From: Moniliella sp. 'wahieum'
Lineage: Eukaryota
DNA: 64,000 nucleotides
Assembly: GCA_003971905.1 (NCBI GenBank)
Contig: RSEE01000022.1
Span: forward strand, 620,001 to 684,000
Direction of reading: 5' to 3'
Positions 13,199-26,000 of this stretch are shown here, piece after piece (position 1 is the first letter of the stretch; each line of letters starts with the position of its first letter). The notes beneath the pieces were generated by a model. The model worked only from the letters and a program-made list of their open reading frames with translations, ran no database searches and had not been told where the DNA came from. A program made the position numbers and the translations under genes.

Positions 13199-14350
13199 AT
13201 GCCACGCCTCTCCACGTCTGAGCAGCAGCAGCGCCATCTCGCCCCGCCCATCGGCAGCCGGCCGCTGGACCTGCTCATCTGGTACAAGCCTGTGCCCATG
13301 GACACGCTCTTGCTGCCCAACAGCCTGCCCTTGCCTCCGCAGGCGCAGGTGCCCCGTGCCAACCCAGCCGAGGTCAGGGTGGCAATTGGCACCACGGCAC
13401 AGGTACTGACGGTGCTGCTCAAGACGGCTGCGGTGCTGTGGATCCTGGACGACCTTGCGATCGGGTGGCACCTGTTCAAGGAGGGTGCTGCCATTGCCTT
13501 TGTCGTCCAACTCATCGTCGACTTGCTCCGCAGCTGGGCCATCCTAGCCCTGGCTGTCATCATTCGCCGCACTCCCAGTCGGCACATGTGCTGCTCTCTC
13601 TGGCCCACTATTACCATCCTCGCCATCTTGTCGTTGGGCGAGATCGGGTCGTTCGGTACGCTGCGTCCTGTCTGCTCTTTTGCTCGTTTCGTTACTCATG
13701 CTCTGCAGTTGTATCCCAAGTCATGTACTCCAAAGCGCGTAGCCGCTGGCACAAACCGAGAAACTGGAACTCTTGGAGCTGGAAACGATGGGACTGCTCT
13801 TGCTTGACTTGCTGTGCTGGCTGTGCTGCCACGTCATTTACCTTCTGGGCGAAGCTCCCATCAACGAATTCCTCACTACCGAGATCTTCCCCGAACAGGT
13901 CTACGTGATCCTTCCACCGGAAAACTGCTCGGCCAACGCCCCCTTCCCGCCCCAACACCCCGCCGACTCCCTCACAGAGAACTCCTCTGGTTGCCCCCAC
14001 CCGCTGTTCCTTCCCCTGACGCCACACCGACTCCGCCCCCCCAACCCCGGCAAACTGTCCAGCCCGCCCCAAGCCACGACAACACCTTCCCCCCCACCGC
14101 CCCACAAGACCATAAGACACCCGCGCAGCCTGTCACAGGCACCCTGATTGACGCCCCGTCGTACACCCCTATCGATGAGACTCTCACTTCGGCTCCTGCC
14201 GCTTCGACGACCGCAACCGAAACGGAGAGCATGGCCGAACGTCTTCCCCACGCGCCAGAGCAGAGACGGACAGCCGCGATGGAATGGGACTGGGAGGACC
14301 AGCCGTTGCAAAGTTCTGAGTCGGACCCCCAAGCTGCTTGGGGAAACTAA
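13199..14350 (+). CDS. Hypothetical multi-pass membrane protein
   Basis: ORF 13199 has several hydrophobic segments (VLTVLLKTAAVLWIL, AIAFVVQLIVDLLRSWAILALAVII, LWPTITILAILSL). Intron 13656-13708. A further hydrophobic segment and a Pro/Thr-rich tail end at TAA 14350. Confidence 0.6.
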
Positions 14351-14656
14351 ACCCGTCACCCCTTCCTCAGTCTCGGCGTCTGCCTCTTTTTCCTTCCCCT
14401 TCTCTGCCTCCTTCTCCTTCTTCGCTTCTTACCGTCTTGGTCCGCTTCATCCTCCAAGCCACGCATCTTCACGACTCCTTGTGCGGCAGACTTGACGTTC
14501 ATCCCACCGTCGCCATTGCATTGTATTGGGCGTCATGAAACTGTCCTGCTTTTACTAGCCATTGAACAACGATCCTACCATCGAGTTTCCACTCTGGCTG
14601 GTGTTCCCCTTGTCCCTATTGTCACTGTGGTAACTGAACTAGCAGGGGAGGCTGTG

Positions 14657-14680
14657 GAGGGTTGAGGGTTGAGGGTTGAG
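14657..14680. repeat. 7-bp microsatellite (GAGGGTT)3
   Basis: GAGGGTT x3 + GAG in the convergent spacer. Confidence 0.7.
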
Positions 14681-15242
14681 ATTCGGTGTGTCGGATTCAA
14701 AGTCACATGGTTCCCTTGACTTGGCACCACTGCAGTAGCGTTGGAACATTCAAGGAAAGCTGTCGGGATGGGAGAGAGATTCAGCTGTGTTGGCTGGAGG
14801 GGGGGGGGGCATTACCCCCTCATGCGTCTTCATCTGGTTGGTACCATCATCGAGATGGAGATGGCTTTTACTATTCTACTAGACTGAATCCACGCACCGC
14901 TGCTCCAAAAAACCAAAGGAGGAAATTCGTGTGGTATTCAGCTAGGCGGAGCACCACACATGCACAGATGCTCACCAATCCCTTGTTCGTCTCGGGAGGT
15001 AGATAACATAGCCGCCGTCGTATCCGTTGCGAGTTAGGCCGTGACAAGCAAAAGGTAACAAAAATGTAAGTTGGTCGTAAAAGCAGAGAGAGAGCGAGGT
15101 AAAGCGTTCGTAAAGAGAAGGAGAGGGACGGGGAGAGAAGTAGGTAGGAATAACCCACCCCCGCCGCTATAGGGGAATAAGCGAGGAGAGGCAAACAGGA
15201 AGAAGGAGATTGCAGAAGGAAGAGGCACCTGAGGCTACTTTC

Positions 15243-17502
15243 TTAGCAGTTGTCTTCCTGGATCAACTCGGCACCAATCTCGCCAATGGCGTAGGTAAGC
15301 GTAAGAAGATGCTGCGAGAAAGAGATGGGGGCAATCGAGGCATCAATGACACGCAGACCGTTGGTGTTGTACACATTCAACCGGTCGTCGACCACACCAC
15401 CGTGCTCGAGGGGAAGCATGGCGTTGGACGAGGAAGGGTGGTATTCCGTTCCAGCATTCTGCTTCAGGTACTTGCTCCACTGCTTGCTCGTCTTGACCTT
15501 GGCCGAGGCGTCGGACTCGCCCTTGACGTACTTGGACATGGCCTTGGACTCACCAATCTTGCGTGCCATCTCACAGCCGTGGGTCAGGAGGTGAATGTCG
15601 ATTTTGTTCTTGCCAAAGCCAGGGTCGATGGCCGGAGCATCAAATGCATTGTTGCTCTTGATCTTGATACTGCCATGCGAGGTGGGGTGCTGGAGGCCAC
15701 ACTGAATCAAGATGGAACCGTCCATCATAACACAGGATCTCCACAGCGGGCACGTCGGCCGGGTAGAAAGTGAGTCAACTGGTGCAGCGTGGCACGGTAG
15801 CCTGCTTCACCCTTTCCCGTTCCGGCGCATCGTAGGCATCGACATACTTGTCCATGTTGGACGTGATGTTCTTGACGATTTCCTCAATGTCCACCAGCTT
15901 CGAGATGGGCACGTAGGCCACCGCGCTGTTGGCCCACGAGTCCTTGGCAGGGTCCCCAGTGAAATTGCTCGGGGGCATCTTCACGCCATCTGCGGCAGTG
16001 TACATGAGCGACGAACTGAGGTGGTCTTGGAGGTGGAACCCGACGCCCGGAACATCCGCCACTTGCTCCACCTTGGCCGCATCCAGCACCGACTTGTCTC
16101 CCACACCCGAAAGTTGCAAAAGTTGAGCCGAACCCACGGTACCCGCCGAAAGAATCACTTCCTTCTTGGCCTTGACGGTGAACACGGACGAGTGGTTCGA
16201 CTTGGCATATTGCACACCCGTCGCACGCGGCGTCTTGGAGGAACGGTCAAACAGAATCTTGGTAGCTTGGTGGCCGACGAGCACATGAAGGTTGCTCCGG
16301 TACAGGTAAGGGTCCAGATAACCCGTGCGGGAGAAGCTGCGGGTCCAGTTGGAGGGGTTGATGGCTGAGGTACTGAGGAAAGGGCCGGTGTGTTGCCACT
16401 GTCAGGGTCGTGGTTGACGACAATGCCCAGCGTCTTGGGCACCTTGGAGGAACGCACCAACACTGGCAAAGCTTGTGCCAGGCCACGAATGGTGGATCGG
16501 GCCAGATTCACCGTGAGATTCTTCGTCGACCACAACAGCTTGTGGTGGCGGTCCGGCGCACCTTGTTGACAATCTTCTCCAGCCCCTTCTTGGGCTTGGT
16601 AAACGTCTCGGTTTTCTTCAGGGTAGCAAACATGTTTTCCCAGCCCCAGGTGTCCTCGGCATCGTCGGAAATGTCCGAAACAAGGTTGGCCCAACCTTTC
16701 TGCTCGGCTTCGGGCTGACGGACGATACATTCCGTTAATAGCACTCGATCCTCCTGCACGTTCATAATCAATCCACCTCGAGAGTTAGTTTGGATGTGAA
16801 GAGGCGACTAGGAAAGAGAAACAGGACATACCGAGCACTTTGCCGCGGGGGTAGTAGACGGTGCGTCCACCCAGCCCCGACTGGGCGACGGTGTTGTCAG
16901 CCCAGTCTTTGACCGTGTGTTCGGACGAGTTGAGAGCTATGCGCCGAGGGGGGGAATGGAATGAGGTTAGCCCTACACGGTGGATCCACGCGCGAAATGA
17001 CTCGACGAAACGAGACGAGGAGACAAGAGAAGAGGAAAAAACGTACCATGGCACTGGGTGTGGATGGAAGTATCGCCTTCGCCGCTGATGCCCTTCAATG
17101 ACCGCGACACTCACGGACGAGTCTTCGGACAGACGCGAGGCGACTACGAGGCCAGCGGTACCGCCCCCGACGACGACTGTGTGAGAGACACGGAACGAAA
17201 GTGAGGACCGTATGATCAGCTTTGTGGCGTGATGAGAGAGAGACGTTTAACGTCGCTCTAATACATGGAAGGGGGCGACAGGGGGGGGGGAGAATGTAAG
17301 TGCGCCCATAGTCAAATGTTTTGCCGTCGAACTTCTTGCCGTTGGTGGAGATGCCGTTGCGATGCGGCATTGGCGTGGGCGCGGCGTTCGAAGGCAGGTG
17401 CATGGGAGGCGGCGACGGTGCTGACAGTGGCAACGGTGGCGGCGAGGGCGAGGGAGAGGGCGAGGCGACGCCAGCTGCGTGGCTGGCTGAGGGGCGGGCC
17501 AT
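15243..17502 (-). CDS. Secreted GMC oxidoreductase (CAZy AA3_2-like; glucose oxidase/dehydrogenase or aryl-alcohol oxidase type)
   Basis: Signal-peptide-like N-terminus (WRRLALSLALAATVATVS), FDY-[intron]-VVVGGGTAGLVVASRLSE FAD-binding motif, PRGKVLG, AKKEVILSAGTVGSAQLLQLSGVG, PGVGFHLQDH, TEYHPSSSNAM, GVVDDRLNVY..GLRVIDAS, SQHLLTLTYAIGE. Confidence 0.93.
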
Positions 17503-17760
17503 GGCACAAAGGAGTGTGGGTAGGGGTGAAGGAGTGTGGTGGTGGTGGTGGTGGTGGGAGTGGTGGTGGCAGGAGGGAGAGGAAGCGTGGTGGCTGGGCC
17601 ATATTATACGAAGTGGAGCTGGGGTAGACGGCTGTCTTCAGCCCCTGGACTGCTCCGCCCAATCTTGGCCAACTGGTGGCGCTGGGGGGGGTGGGGCTGC
17701 GCGCCCCTGCCGCGGCGTCTCACGGTCTCACAGCGCCCCTGTGCGGGGGTCTGTGTTGGG

Positions 17761-17767
17761 TTATATA
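17761..17767 (-). promoter_or_regulatory. Putative TATA box for the GMC gene
   Basis: TATATAA on the minus strand ~260 bp upstream of the GMC ATG, in a GC-rich background. Confidence 0.4.
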
Positions 17768-17784
17768 GGCCTGCTCCTGTCTAC

Positions 17785-17817
17785 TCGATAATCGACAATC
17801 GACAATCGGTAATCGAT
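17785..17817. repeat. 7-bp period array (ATCGAYA)~5
   Basis: TCGATA ATCGACA ATCGACA ATCGGTA ATCGAT in the divergent GMC/DBP7 spacer. Confidence 0.7.
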
Positions 17818-17991
17818 GGCCCCTAGACGCCCCCCGCGGATGAAATGTTCAGGCGTGCCTGCGTTTCTGCACGTTTGAAACACGTCCCGGCTTAATTTTT
17901 TTTTCGCTTCCACCCGCCAGGCCCAGCCACCCCCCCACGCCCACGCCCACCACACCTCTCTCCCGCACCACCACCCCCCTCGCTTGCAGCC

Positions 17992-20908
17992 ATGGCCGAC
18001 GAGCTGCAGCTCAATCTCGCGCCTCCTGCGCCCAAACCCGTATCCCGCCGCCAGATGCTTCTCGGCACTGGCCGCGGTGCCAACGCAGCAGCCAAGGCCA
18101 CTCCACCCGGCCAGGCAGCGTCTTCTTCGACCGCTGCTGCCCTGGGGCCTGCCCCTGCTGCCACCGGCGCCTACACCCCAGGGCGTTCTCAGCGCCCACG
18201 AGGCCGTACTGGGAAACGCTCTGCGGACGAAGACGCAGCGGGAAACTCTGACAATCCCACCAACAAGCGTTCGCGCGTTGGCCACGACTCGGCCGATGCG
18301 CCTCCGCCACGGACCGAGGGGGACGGGATGAGCTCGTCTCTTTTTAGTCGTGTTTCCATTCCGCGTCTGCAAAAGTCGTCCAAGTCTTCCGTTCACCTCG
18401 GTCCTTCCAACGCGCCCACCACCGGTCCCGTGACGTTCGAGTCCTTGGGCCTTCACCCGCTGCTGGTCCAGCACCTCAAGGGCCCTAAGATGGGCATTGG
18501 CGAACGGCCTACTGATATTCAGAAACGCGCATTGACGTATCTCTTGCCGCAGGGCGGCTACTTGTTGGACGGGGAGGACGAGGGCGACCAGGCCCAGCGC
18601 CCGCCGAGGAGAGACGTGTTGATGGCCAGCCAAACCGGGTCGGGCAAATCCCTTGCCTTCTTGCTGCCCATCCTCGATTCACTCTTGCCCCTCTCCACGC
18701 TCTCCTTTATCGATCGCAGCGTCGGCGGCTGTCTGGCCATCATCCTCACCCCCACGCGTGAACTTGCGCGGCAGATTTACGAAGTGTTGGAAAAGCTGGT
18801 CAGCTTGCCCCTGCGCCTGCAAAGTGCTTCGGGCGAAACGCAGGACGAGGGTCCCCGCATGGCACGTTGGATCGTACCCACTCTTCTCTGTGGTGGATCG
18901 ACCAAGAACCACGAGAAGCAGCGTCTCCGTCGCAAGGCAGCACCATTGTCGTTGCCACCCGGGCGGCTGTTGGACCACTTGCAAAACACCGCGTCGTTTG
19001 AAGTGGGCAAACTGCGTTGGCTCGTGCTCGATGAGGCTGACCGACTGATGGAACTGGGATTCAAGGAATCGCTCGAGGGCATTTTCCGCGCCCTCGAGGG
19101 CCGACGCAAATTGTCTCTCGCTGCGGCCAAGGCCAACGCAATGGCTTCCGACAGTATCCATGACAATGGCTATGCCCGACGGACCGTACAAGATGAGGAT
19201 TGTTGGAGACTATGGGGGTCCATTGGTGGGCGGGCGGTCGCCGCACCGTGTTGTGCTCGGCAACGATCGATGAAGACATTCAGGCGCTGGCCGGACAGGC
19301 ACTCAAATCCCATCGTCATCCGTGGTCATGGAGGGAAGGACGATGAGGCGGTCAAGGCGGTTGCCTCCTCGGAGCCAAAGGAGATTGACTCTAAGGCTCA
19401 ATCTGGAGTGGAGCGCGTGTTCACGGCGCCAGCTCAGCTGTTACAGAACTATGTGCTGGTCCCACCCAAACTGAGGCTGGTAACCCTCATCGCTCTCCTT
19501 CGCCAGTCGATCTACAACCACAAGACCGCCAAGTCTGCCCTGCCTGGTCCCCAGCGGATCATTGTGTTTATGAGTTGTACCGACAGTGTCGATTTCCACT
19601 GGCTCGGCATGGGTGGGTTCAAAATGGGTGATGCTGGACTCAAGGAGCCGGAGGAGGACGAAGTGGCCAAGGACAAGCGCAAGGTATTCCTTACCAACCC
19701 GCTCTTGCCTGGCACCTCTTTCTATCGTCTTCACGGTAGCATGACCCAACAGGAACGCATTGCTTCACTCCGATCCTTTGCTTCCAACAAGCCTATGCTG
19801 AAAGGGGAAAGGCAGAGGGAGAGAAGAGGAGCAAGGCGCACAAGGCGTCGGTCTTGTTTTGTACGTCGGTTGCGTCTCGCGGCTTGGATTTGCCCTCGGT
19901 CAGCACGGTCGTACAGCTGGATGCACCCACCGAGGGCGGCGTAGAAGAATATGTCCATCGGATCGGTCGTACGGCCCGTGTGGGAAGAGCGGGTAAGTCG
20001 TGGATCATGCTCTTGCCCACGAGTCCCCCATCATCCAAAAGTACCAAGACGGAATGATCATCGACACACCCAAAAAGTCTCATCCTACCATTGAGCCCGT
20101 TGATTTCCGTGATGCCCAAGTCGGGATTTGGGGGTGAGAATGACGAGTACGAGGCGCGGGCACGGATGTGCAACTGGCATGGGAACGATGGGTGCTCAAC
20201 TCGGAATCGGTACGTGCTACAGCTTGTTACTTCTTTTTTTCTCCTCATTTGCTTTTGCTTTGTTCCCATTTGGTGTTCTTTCTGGCTAACCTGCAACCTG
20301 CACCGACTGTTGTTAGGCTGCCGACCAAGCGCGTGCGGCGTTCCAAGCTCACCTGCGCGCATACGCTACGCACCCCGTCTCGGAAAAGGGCATCTTTAGT
20401 CTGCGCGACGTGCATCTGGGTCACATTGCCAAGGCGTTTGCGCTGCGCGAAGCCCCAGCTACGATCAAGGCCAAGGCCAAGAAGCACGCCGCAGAGGTGG
20501 CTGCCGCCGAAGCGGTCGAGAGCCGGGACAGGCCAAGGTGCGTCGCGCCCAAGCCGCAGCCGAAGAGGCGCAAGAACACGAAGCGGGCACCGGCGACGAC
20601 GTGGGTGCGAGTTCCGACTCGGATTCGGATTCGGATTCGGATGGCGAGTCGGACTCGGACGACGCGAAGGAGAGGGCAGAGCGCAAGCCCAAGGGCAAGG
20701 CGGCGACGATGGACGCATGCTGGCCTTGGCCAAGGCGGCTGGCTCCAACGCCACTCGCAAGCCCTTTGCTGGACCCAAGCTCAAGGCCAGAGCCAAGGAG
20801 CAGTCGGCCGAGGCGCGGATGTACGCGGCGGTGCGGCACTTGGGAAAACGGTCGAAGAAGGAGGGCAAGTTGGTGGCATCGGGCGTGGACGATTTCCAGA
20901 TTGCATGA
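17992..20908 (+). CDS. DBP7: ATP-dependent DEAD-box RNA helicase Dbp7 (DDX31), 60S biogenesis
   Basis: PSNAP..F.SLGL Q-motif region, [98 protein letters not shown]-terminal DDFQIA*. Intron ~20209-20317. Confidence 0.93.
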
Positions 20909-21182
20909 GACTCTTGGGGGGGAGGTTGACTTTGTGTGCTGTGTGGCGTGGGCTGTAGTGTTCGACTGGGGGGGATTGGCGAGATAGCTCGATCGGTGCA
21001 ACTTGCGGGCGGCGCCGAAGACGAACATTCAATCGCCCACGCTGGACGTACCAACGCCGGCTGGGCGGATGGGTGCGGCCCGAGCGCGGGGAAGCGGCGT
21101 GTGAATGGAAACTGCGAGGGCCTGGCCTCAGCTGTTCCCCACCGACACCGCACCCCAGCCTCCATCCCCCCGCCCCATCGCC

Positions 21183-22626
21183 ATGGCTGCCCCCACGTCC
21201 TTCCCCCAGCCCTACACAGCCATCGACACCCACTTCCACCTCCTCCAGTGGGCCGCCCCCGACGTGCTCCACGTCAGCTTCAACCGCCCCCCGTCAACGC
21301 CTTGATCGACCCGCTGTGGCAAGAAACCCACCGCATCTTTGACCATCTCCGCCGCGACAGCGATGTGCGTGCGGTTGTGCTCAGTGGCCAGAACCGATGC
21401 TTTACCGCCGGCCTTGATGGTACGTCTTTTGCCTTCTTTCCTTTTTCCTTTTCCTTTTGCCTTTTGCTCTCGGTCTCGCTTCGTGCGCGTTTGGTACTGG
21501 TCGCTCTGACCAGTGACTTGCTCCACGCCCATGCCCACAGTGTTTGCCAGCTCCTTCCCTGACGGCGGCAGCGACCCGGCACGCAAGGCGTTTCTCCTGC
21601 GTGAATACGTACGGGACTTTCAAGCTGCCATTTCGTCCATTGGTACGTCCTCCCTGTGCCTCTCTGCCTCTTCTTTCTCTTGGCCCTGGTTCGGTTACTT
21701 GTTCTGACCGTGTACGCCAGAGGACTGCGAGAAACCGGTGATTGCTGCTGCGCACAACTACTGCCTTGGCGCAGGGATCGATCTGCTGTCTGCCTGCGAC
21801 ATTCGCTATGCCGCTTCTGACTCGACGTTTAGCATCAAGGAAGTGGACATTGGTTTGGCGGCTGATATTGGCACGCTTCAACGGTTCCCCAAAATCGTCC
21901 GGTCCGAATCGGTGGTGCGCGAGTTGGCCTTGACGGCGAGAAACTTTGGTGCGCAAGAAGCACTGGAGATTGGGTTTGTGTCCAAGGTGGTCCAAGGATC
22001 GTATAATGAAGTTCTGGGTACGTCTCCCCCCTTTCTCCCTTTCTTTTCTTTTCTTGCTTTGACGTTGAGCCCCGACGGTTGCCCTGGGTCTGGGCTAAGG
22101 GCAGGACGGTAGTCTGATCAATCTTTGCTTCATGTCCTGCGTTTCAGCCGAGGCGATCCAAACTGCCGCCCTGATCGCATCCAAGTCCCCGTCGCAACGC
22201 GCAGCACAAAAGTACTCCTGGTTCACTCGCGAGACCACAGGTGCGTTTCGTCCCGTTTTGTTCCGTTTTGTTTGTTTTGTTTTTTCCCCTTTGGTTGGCT
22301 TGGTGGGCTGCGTACTGAGCAAGGCTTTGGATGGCCATCCTATCGTCATGGTGCCATGGCGCACCGCAGTGTCGAGGAGGGGCTTCGGTTTACACGCGCT
22401 TGGAACGCGGCCATGCTGCAGTCGGACGATGTTGTGGTACGTAATGATCTCAGCTGGGCTGGCAGGATGAGGACGGTTGCGGGTGCGGGTGCGAGTACGG
22501 TTGGATGTGGATCGTGAGCCGGAACGACTAACAAGGATCTGGTCTCGTCCCCTTCGTCCCCCCTCTGCCCAGACGGCCATGATGGCGACGATGCAGAAGA
22601 AGAAAGCGTCCTTTGCTAAATTGTGA
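21183..22626 (+). CDS. ECH1: Peroxisomal delta3,5-delta2,4-dienoyl-CoA isomerase (crotonase family, ECH1-like)
   Basis: VLHVSFNRPPVNA, VRAVVLSG..RCFTAGLD, KPVIAAAHNYCLGAGIDLLSACDIR, IKEVDIGLAADIGTLQRFPKIV, SVEEGL..WNAAMLQ. Ends MQKKKASFAKL* (PTS1). Several short introns. Confidence 0.88.
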
Positions 22627-23030
22627 GAACAACCATGGCGTTATTAGCGGGATCCGATCTCGATCAGCCCAATCAGCAATATGTACCAACGAGATGAAAC
22701 GACCATGTGGCGTGGCGTGTGTGTGGAGTTTGTTTTTGCCGTTGCATGGTGGGGGGATGGGTAGTGGCGACTGGCCACTTCTCCACCTTTTGGGCCGTAC
22801 CTCATCCAGCAGAGCGCCAGCGCTACAACCTCTCTCGTATTGCTTACCCTAGTTCCTCAGTTCGCTCGACGTGGACGTTGCACAGGGTACTACACGCTTA
22901 GAACGAAGTACATGGTAATTGCCAATCGCCACACATTGCTATAGCTGTCTGGCGCCAGGCAAGGCAAGGGAGAGGGTATGGTAGATGACTGTTGTGGAAA
23001 CCGAGGTGGGCGGCTTGCGCACCGAGTTTC

Positions 23031-26000
23031 CTAGCCCGTCAGCGCCGCCGCTGCGGCGGCTGCCACTTCGGCATACGTCACTTCGGTTCTCCTCTTGAGG
23101 AGCGGATAGGGGTAGGGCGGCAAAGGCGGCTGGGGCGGCAAGAGGGAGGAAGCATCGACGATTTGAACACGTGAGTGGGGTGTATGGAGGTCGAGCAAAC
23201 CCTGGGTAAAGCTGGTGCGGTCTTCGGTTGGTCCTGGGGGGGGCAAGCGGGTGCCTGAGCCGCGATGGGAAGAAAGACGAGAAGATCGTGTGCCCGTCGG
23301 TCGGTCTAGCTCCATACGGCGATGCAGAAAGCCCGTGTCCATAAGCTGCAGCACATCCAACTCTTCCGTCCGTCCACTCTTCTGCATCAGATGGTCCATC
23401 GCCCCAGCCAAAGCAAGGTAGGAAGTCACGAAGCGTTCGTGGCCACTCAGCTGTGCTGGACGTAACTCTCCCCCACCCCTTCCGCGCGGCGGATCTTCCT
23501 CGAACCGGCGGGGATGCGACGTGGACAAGGGCCGCAACTCGGGCGGACGACTTCGACTGCGCGGAGGTTTGCTCTGGCTCCGCCCGATCGCCCTTCCAGC
23601 CCCACTGGAACGAACGCGCGACGAAGTGCGGGACACTGCCTTGCCTCGCACCCATTGCGGCCGCGGCGGGAGCAGACTAAAGATGACCAGCTCGCCGTGC
23701 GGACCAAAGCTGGCACCGCACCGGCGTGGCGGCAGTGGTGGAGCCAGCATCGTAGACGGAAGCACTACTTCGCCTTCGTCCGACGAGGCAGACGAATCGT
23801 CCGGCCGCGGCAATGACGGTAGGTCAGCACCACGCAGAAACTGGACCACTTTATCCGCTGTCGGGATTTGTTCCTCGGCTCCCTGTTGGTAATCTCGGTG
23901 AGGTGACGCAGAATGTAGGCTCGGGTGCGGAGGGATACCTTGGGACTCCGGTCCAGGTCGTACTCCAACGCTTGCGCAGGGTAGTCCGGCGGCCACTGCA
24001 GTCGTACCCGCACAAACACAGGTTCTCTCCGCGCCCACGGGCCGTACAGCGTCACGATCAGTACCGCTCTGCCACCTCAATCTGTGTCGGGCTTAGTTAG
24101 TATCATCCCTTCTCTCTCTCGCCTGCACGCAAAACCTAGCGAGGTAAGCGAAGAGCTCGACTCACTTTCTCAAAGTTGACCCGATGTTTGTTGAGCGCCA
24201 TGATTTCCTCATTGATGGGCAGCGTGTTGCGCGGTCGCGAATGGGACTGCGAGTTGGAATGCGAATGCGAATGCGATTGCGAGTGGGACCGTGACTGGGA
24301 CCGGGACGGGGATTGATCCGAGGCCAAGGGGGACGTGTCCGACTCAACGTCGTCCGAGCAGATCGAGTCGTCATCCCTGTCCACCTTGACCCTCGCCATC
24401 CAGTCGAGGCGGTCCTGTCCCTCGGGCTGACGGTGGCGTTGGAACGTGCCTCCCCTGATGGTCATGTATCCTTTGGGGCGTCGAAGCCGCGGCGGGGGCA
24501 ACGGCCTGCGGTCGCGGAGGCACCATCGTCGTTGCGCGGGGGTAGGCTTCGCGCAGTCGCTTGAGCGGGAGCGCAGCTGCGTTCACCTCATTGGCCACAT
24601 GGGGCAAGAGCGCGGCCATGCGCCGTTCCAACGGCGACATGGTCTGTCTCGTTCCCGCCGAATAGGAGCCAGTGGAAGGCGCGGCCAACGAGCCTACCAG
24701 CGCATTCGTAATCCGAGTCGATACCCGTGCATCGGGCCCAGGACCCGAGCGCAGAAGCCGACCCACGGCGTCCGGCGGTCGGAAACTTCCGGCTTTGGGA
24801 CTGGAGCGGGAAATCTCAAGAGACAGTGGTTGGGCACCGAGGAGGCAAGCGGTACATTGGGGTTTTGCCCAGCGGGGAAGGCACCCTACCCTTTCCCGAA
24901 GCGCCCCAGCTGGCACTCAGCTCAACGCGGGCCTGTGGGCTGGAGGTGGGGGAGGAGGCAGAGGCAGTGTGGGTGGACGTGATCTGAAGCGGGGGGGGAG
25001 AAAGCCTTGTTCACTAGGCGGGATCCGGTACGAAATGTCCGGCGCGCCAGCACGCGTGATGCGGATATTGATTTTCCCACCCGGTTTGTGGCCCACTTGC
25101 TCTGCCAACGTCTCGGGCACGTTCCACATGCGCAAGGTACGGTCCCTGCTCCACGTGAGCAGCTGGAAGCGGCGATCGTCGTGGTCCGGGTCCGCCCCGC
25201 CATGAGAACGAAAGAGGAACTCTTTGACCACATCCGTGTGGCCTTCAAACCGGTGCACGGGGGCCAGGCGAAAGTCGGGCTGGTCCCCTTGTTCGAGCGC
25301 ACGGCGTTGGGAGGCAGTATGTTGCATGGCTTTCGAGGTGCTCCACATGCTTACGGCAAAATCCGAACGTTGCGGCATGGTCATCACACCCTGGCCAAAG
25401 GGAAGGTGGCGTGCGCGCCACAATGGCGTCGGCGTCTGGATCTCCCCGTGGGCTCAGTGACCAGCTCGCGCTTGCCCACCGCTTCTTGCGCATGGGCGTG
25501 GACAGGTCCACAGTACTTGACCATGCCATCGAGGGAGGGAACAGGTGATCAGTTGGTTGGCGCCATTGGTCACATCCCGAGACCAATCCAAGCCATAAAT
25601 CCGCGACACATGCCCTTCAATCGTGGCCAGCGGTAGCGCGCCCTTGCGCGAGTCCCAGATCAACACTTTATTGTCGACCGCCGTCGCCAGACGGTACTCG
25701 TCCGCCCGGTTCCACTTGACCTGCGTCGCACTAGCGTTCCAGGCAGAATACCCCTGCGCTGGCTTGCCCTGCACCTCGACCCCGCGAGCGCCATCGGACT
25801 CGTTGACCATCCGCAAGTCCCAGACCCACGTCCACGTGTCGATGCCACAGGACGCCACCACGTCGTGGTGGAAGGGAGACCAGTTGATGTCGGTGATGGC
25901 CGCCGATGGCTCTCCAGCACATACTCAATTGGCGACAAGGGTTCCTCCCACCCGCGAACCTGGCGAGGGTGCTGGACCACGGTGCCTTCGCCTCGTGTGA

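Noticed and set aside
14657..14680. Interstitial telomere (TTGAGGG resembles TTAGGG); also TAACCCTAAC at ~40011
   Set aside because: Too few units, not the canonical repeat, and the genes on both sides are ordinary.
20618..20660. (TCGGAT)n and other tri- or hexanucleotide runs (1028, 17536, 28401, 48766, 54882)
   Set aside because: Ordinary coding or UTR microsatellites (SD, polyQ, PA repeats).
15243..22626. Secondary-metabolite gene cluster around the GMC and crotonase genes
   Set aside because: No PKS, NRPS, terpene synthase or other backbone enzyme, and the neighbours are housekeeping genes.
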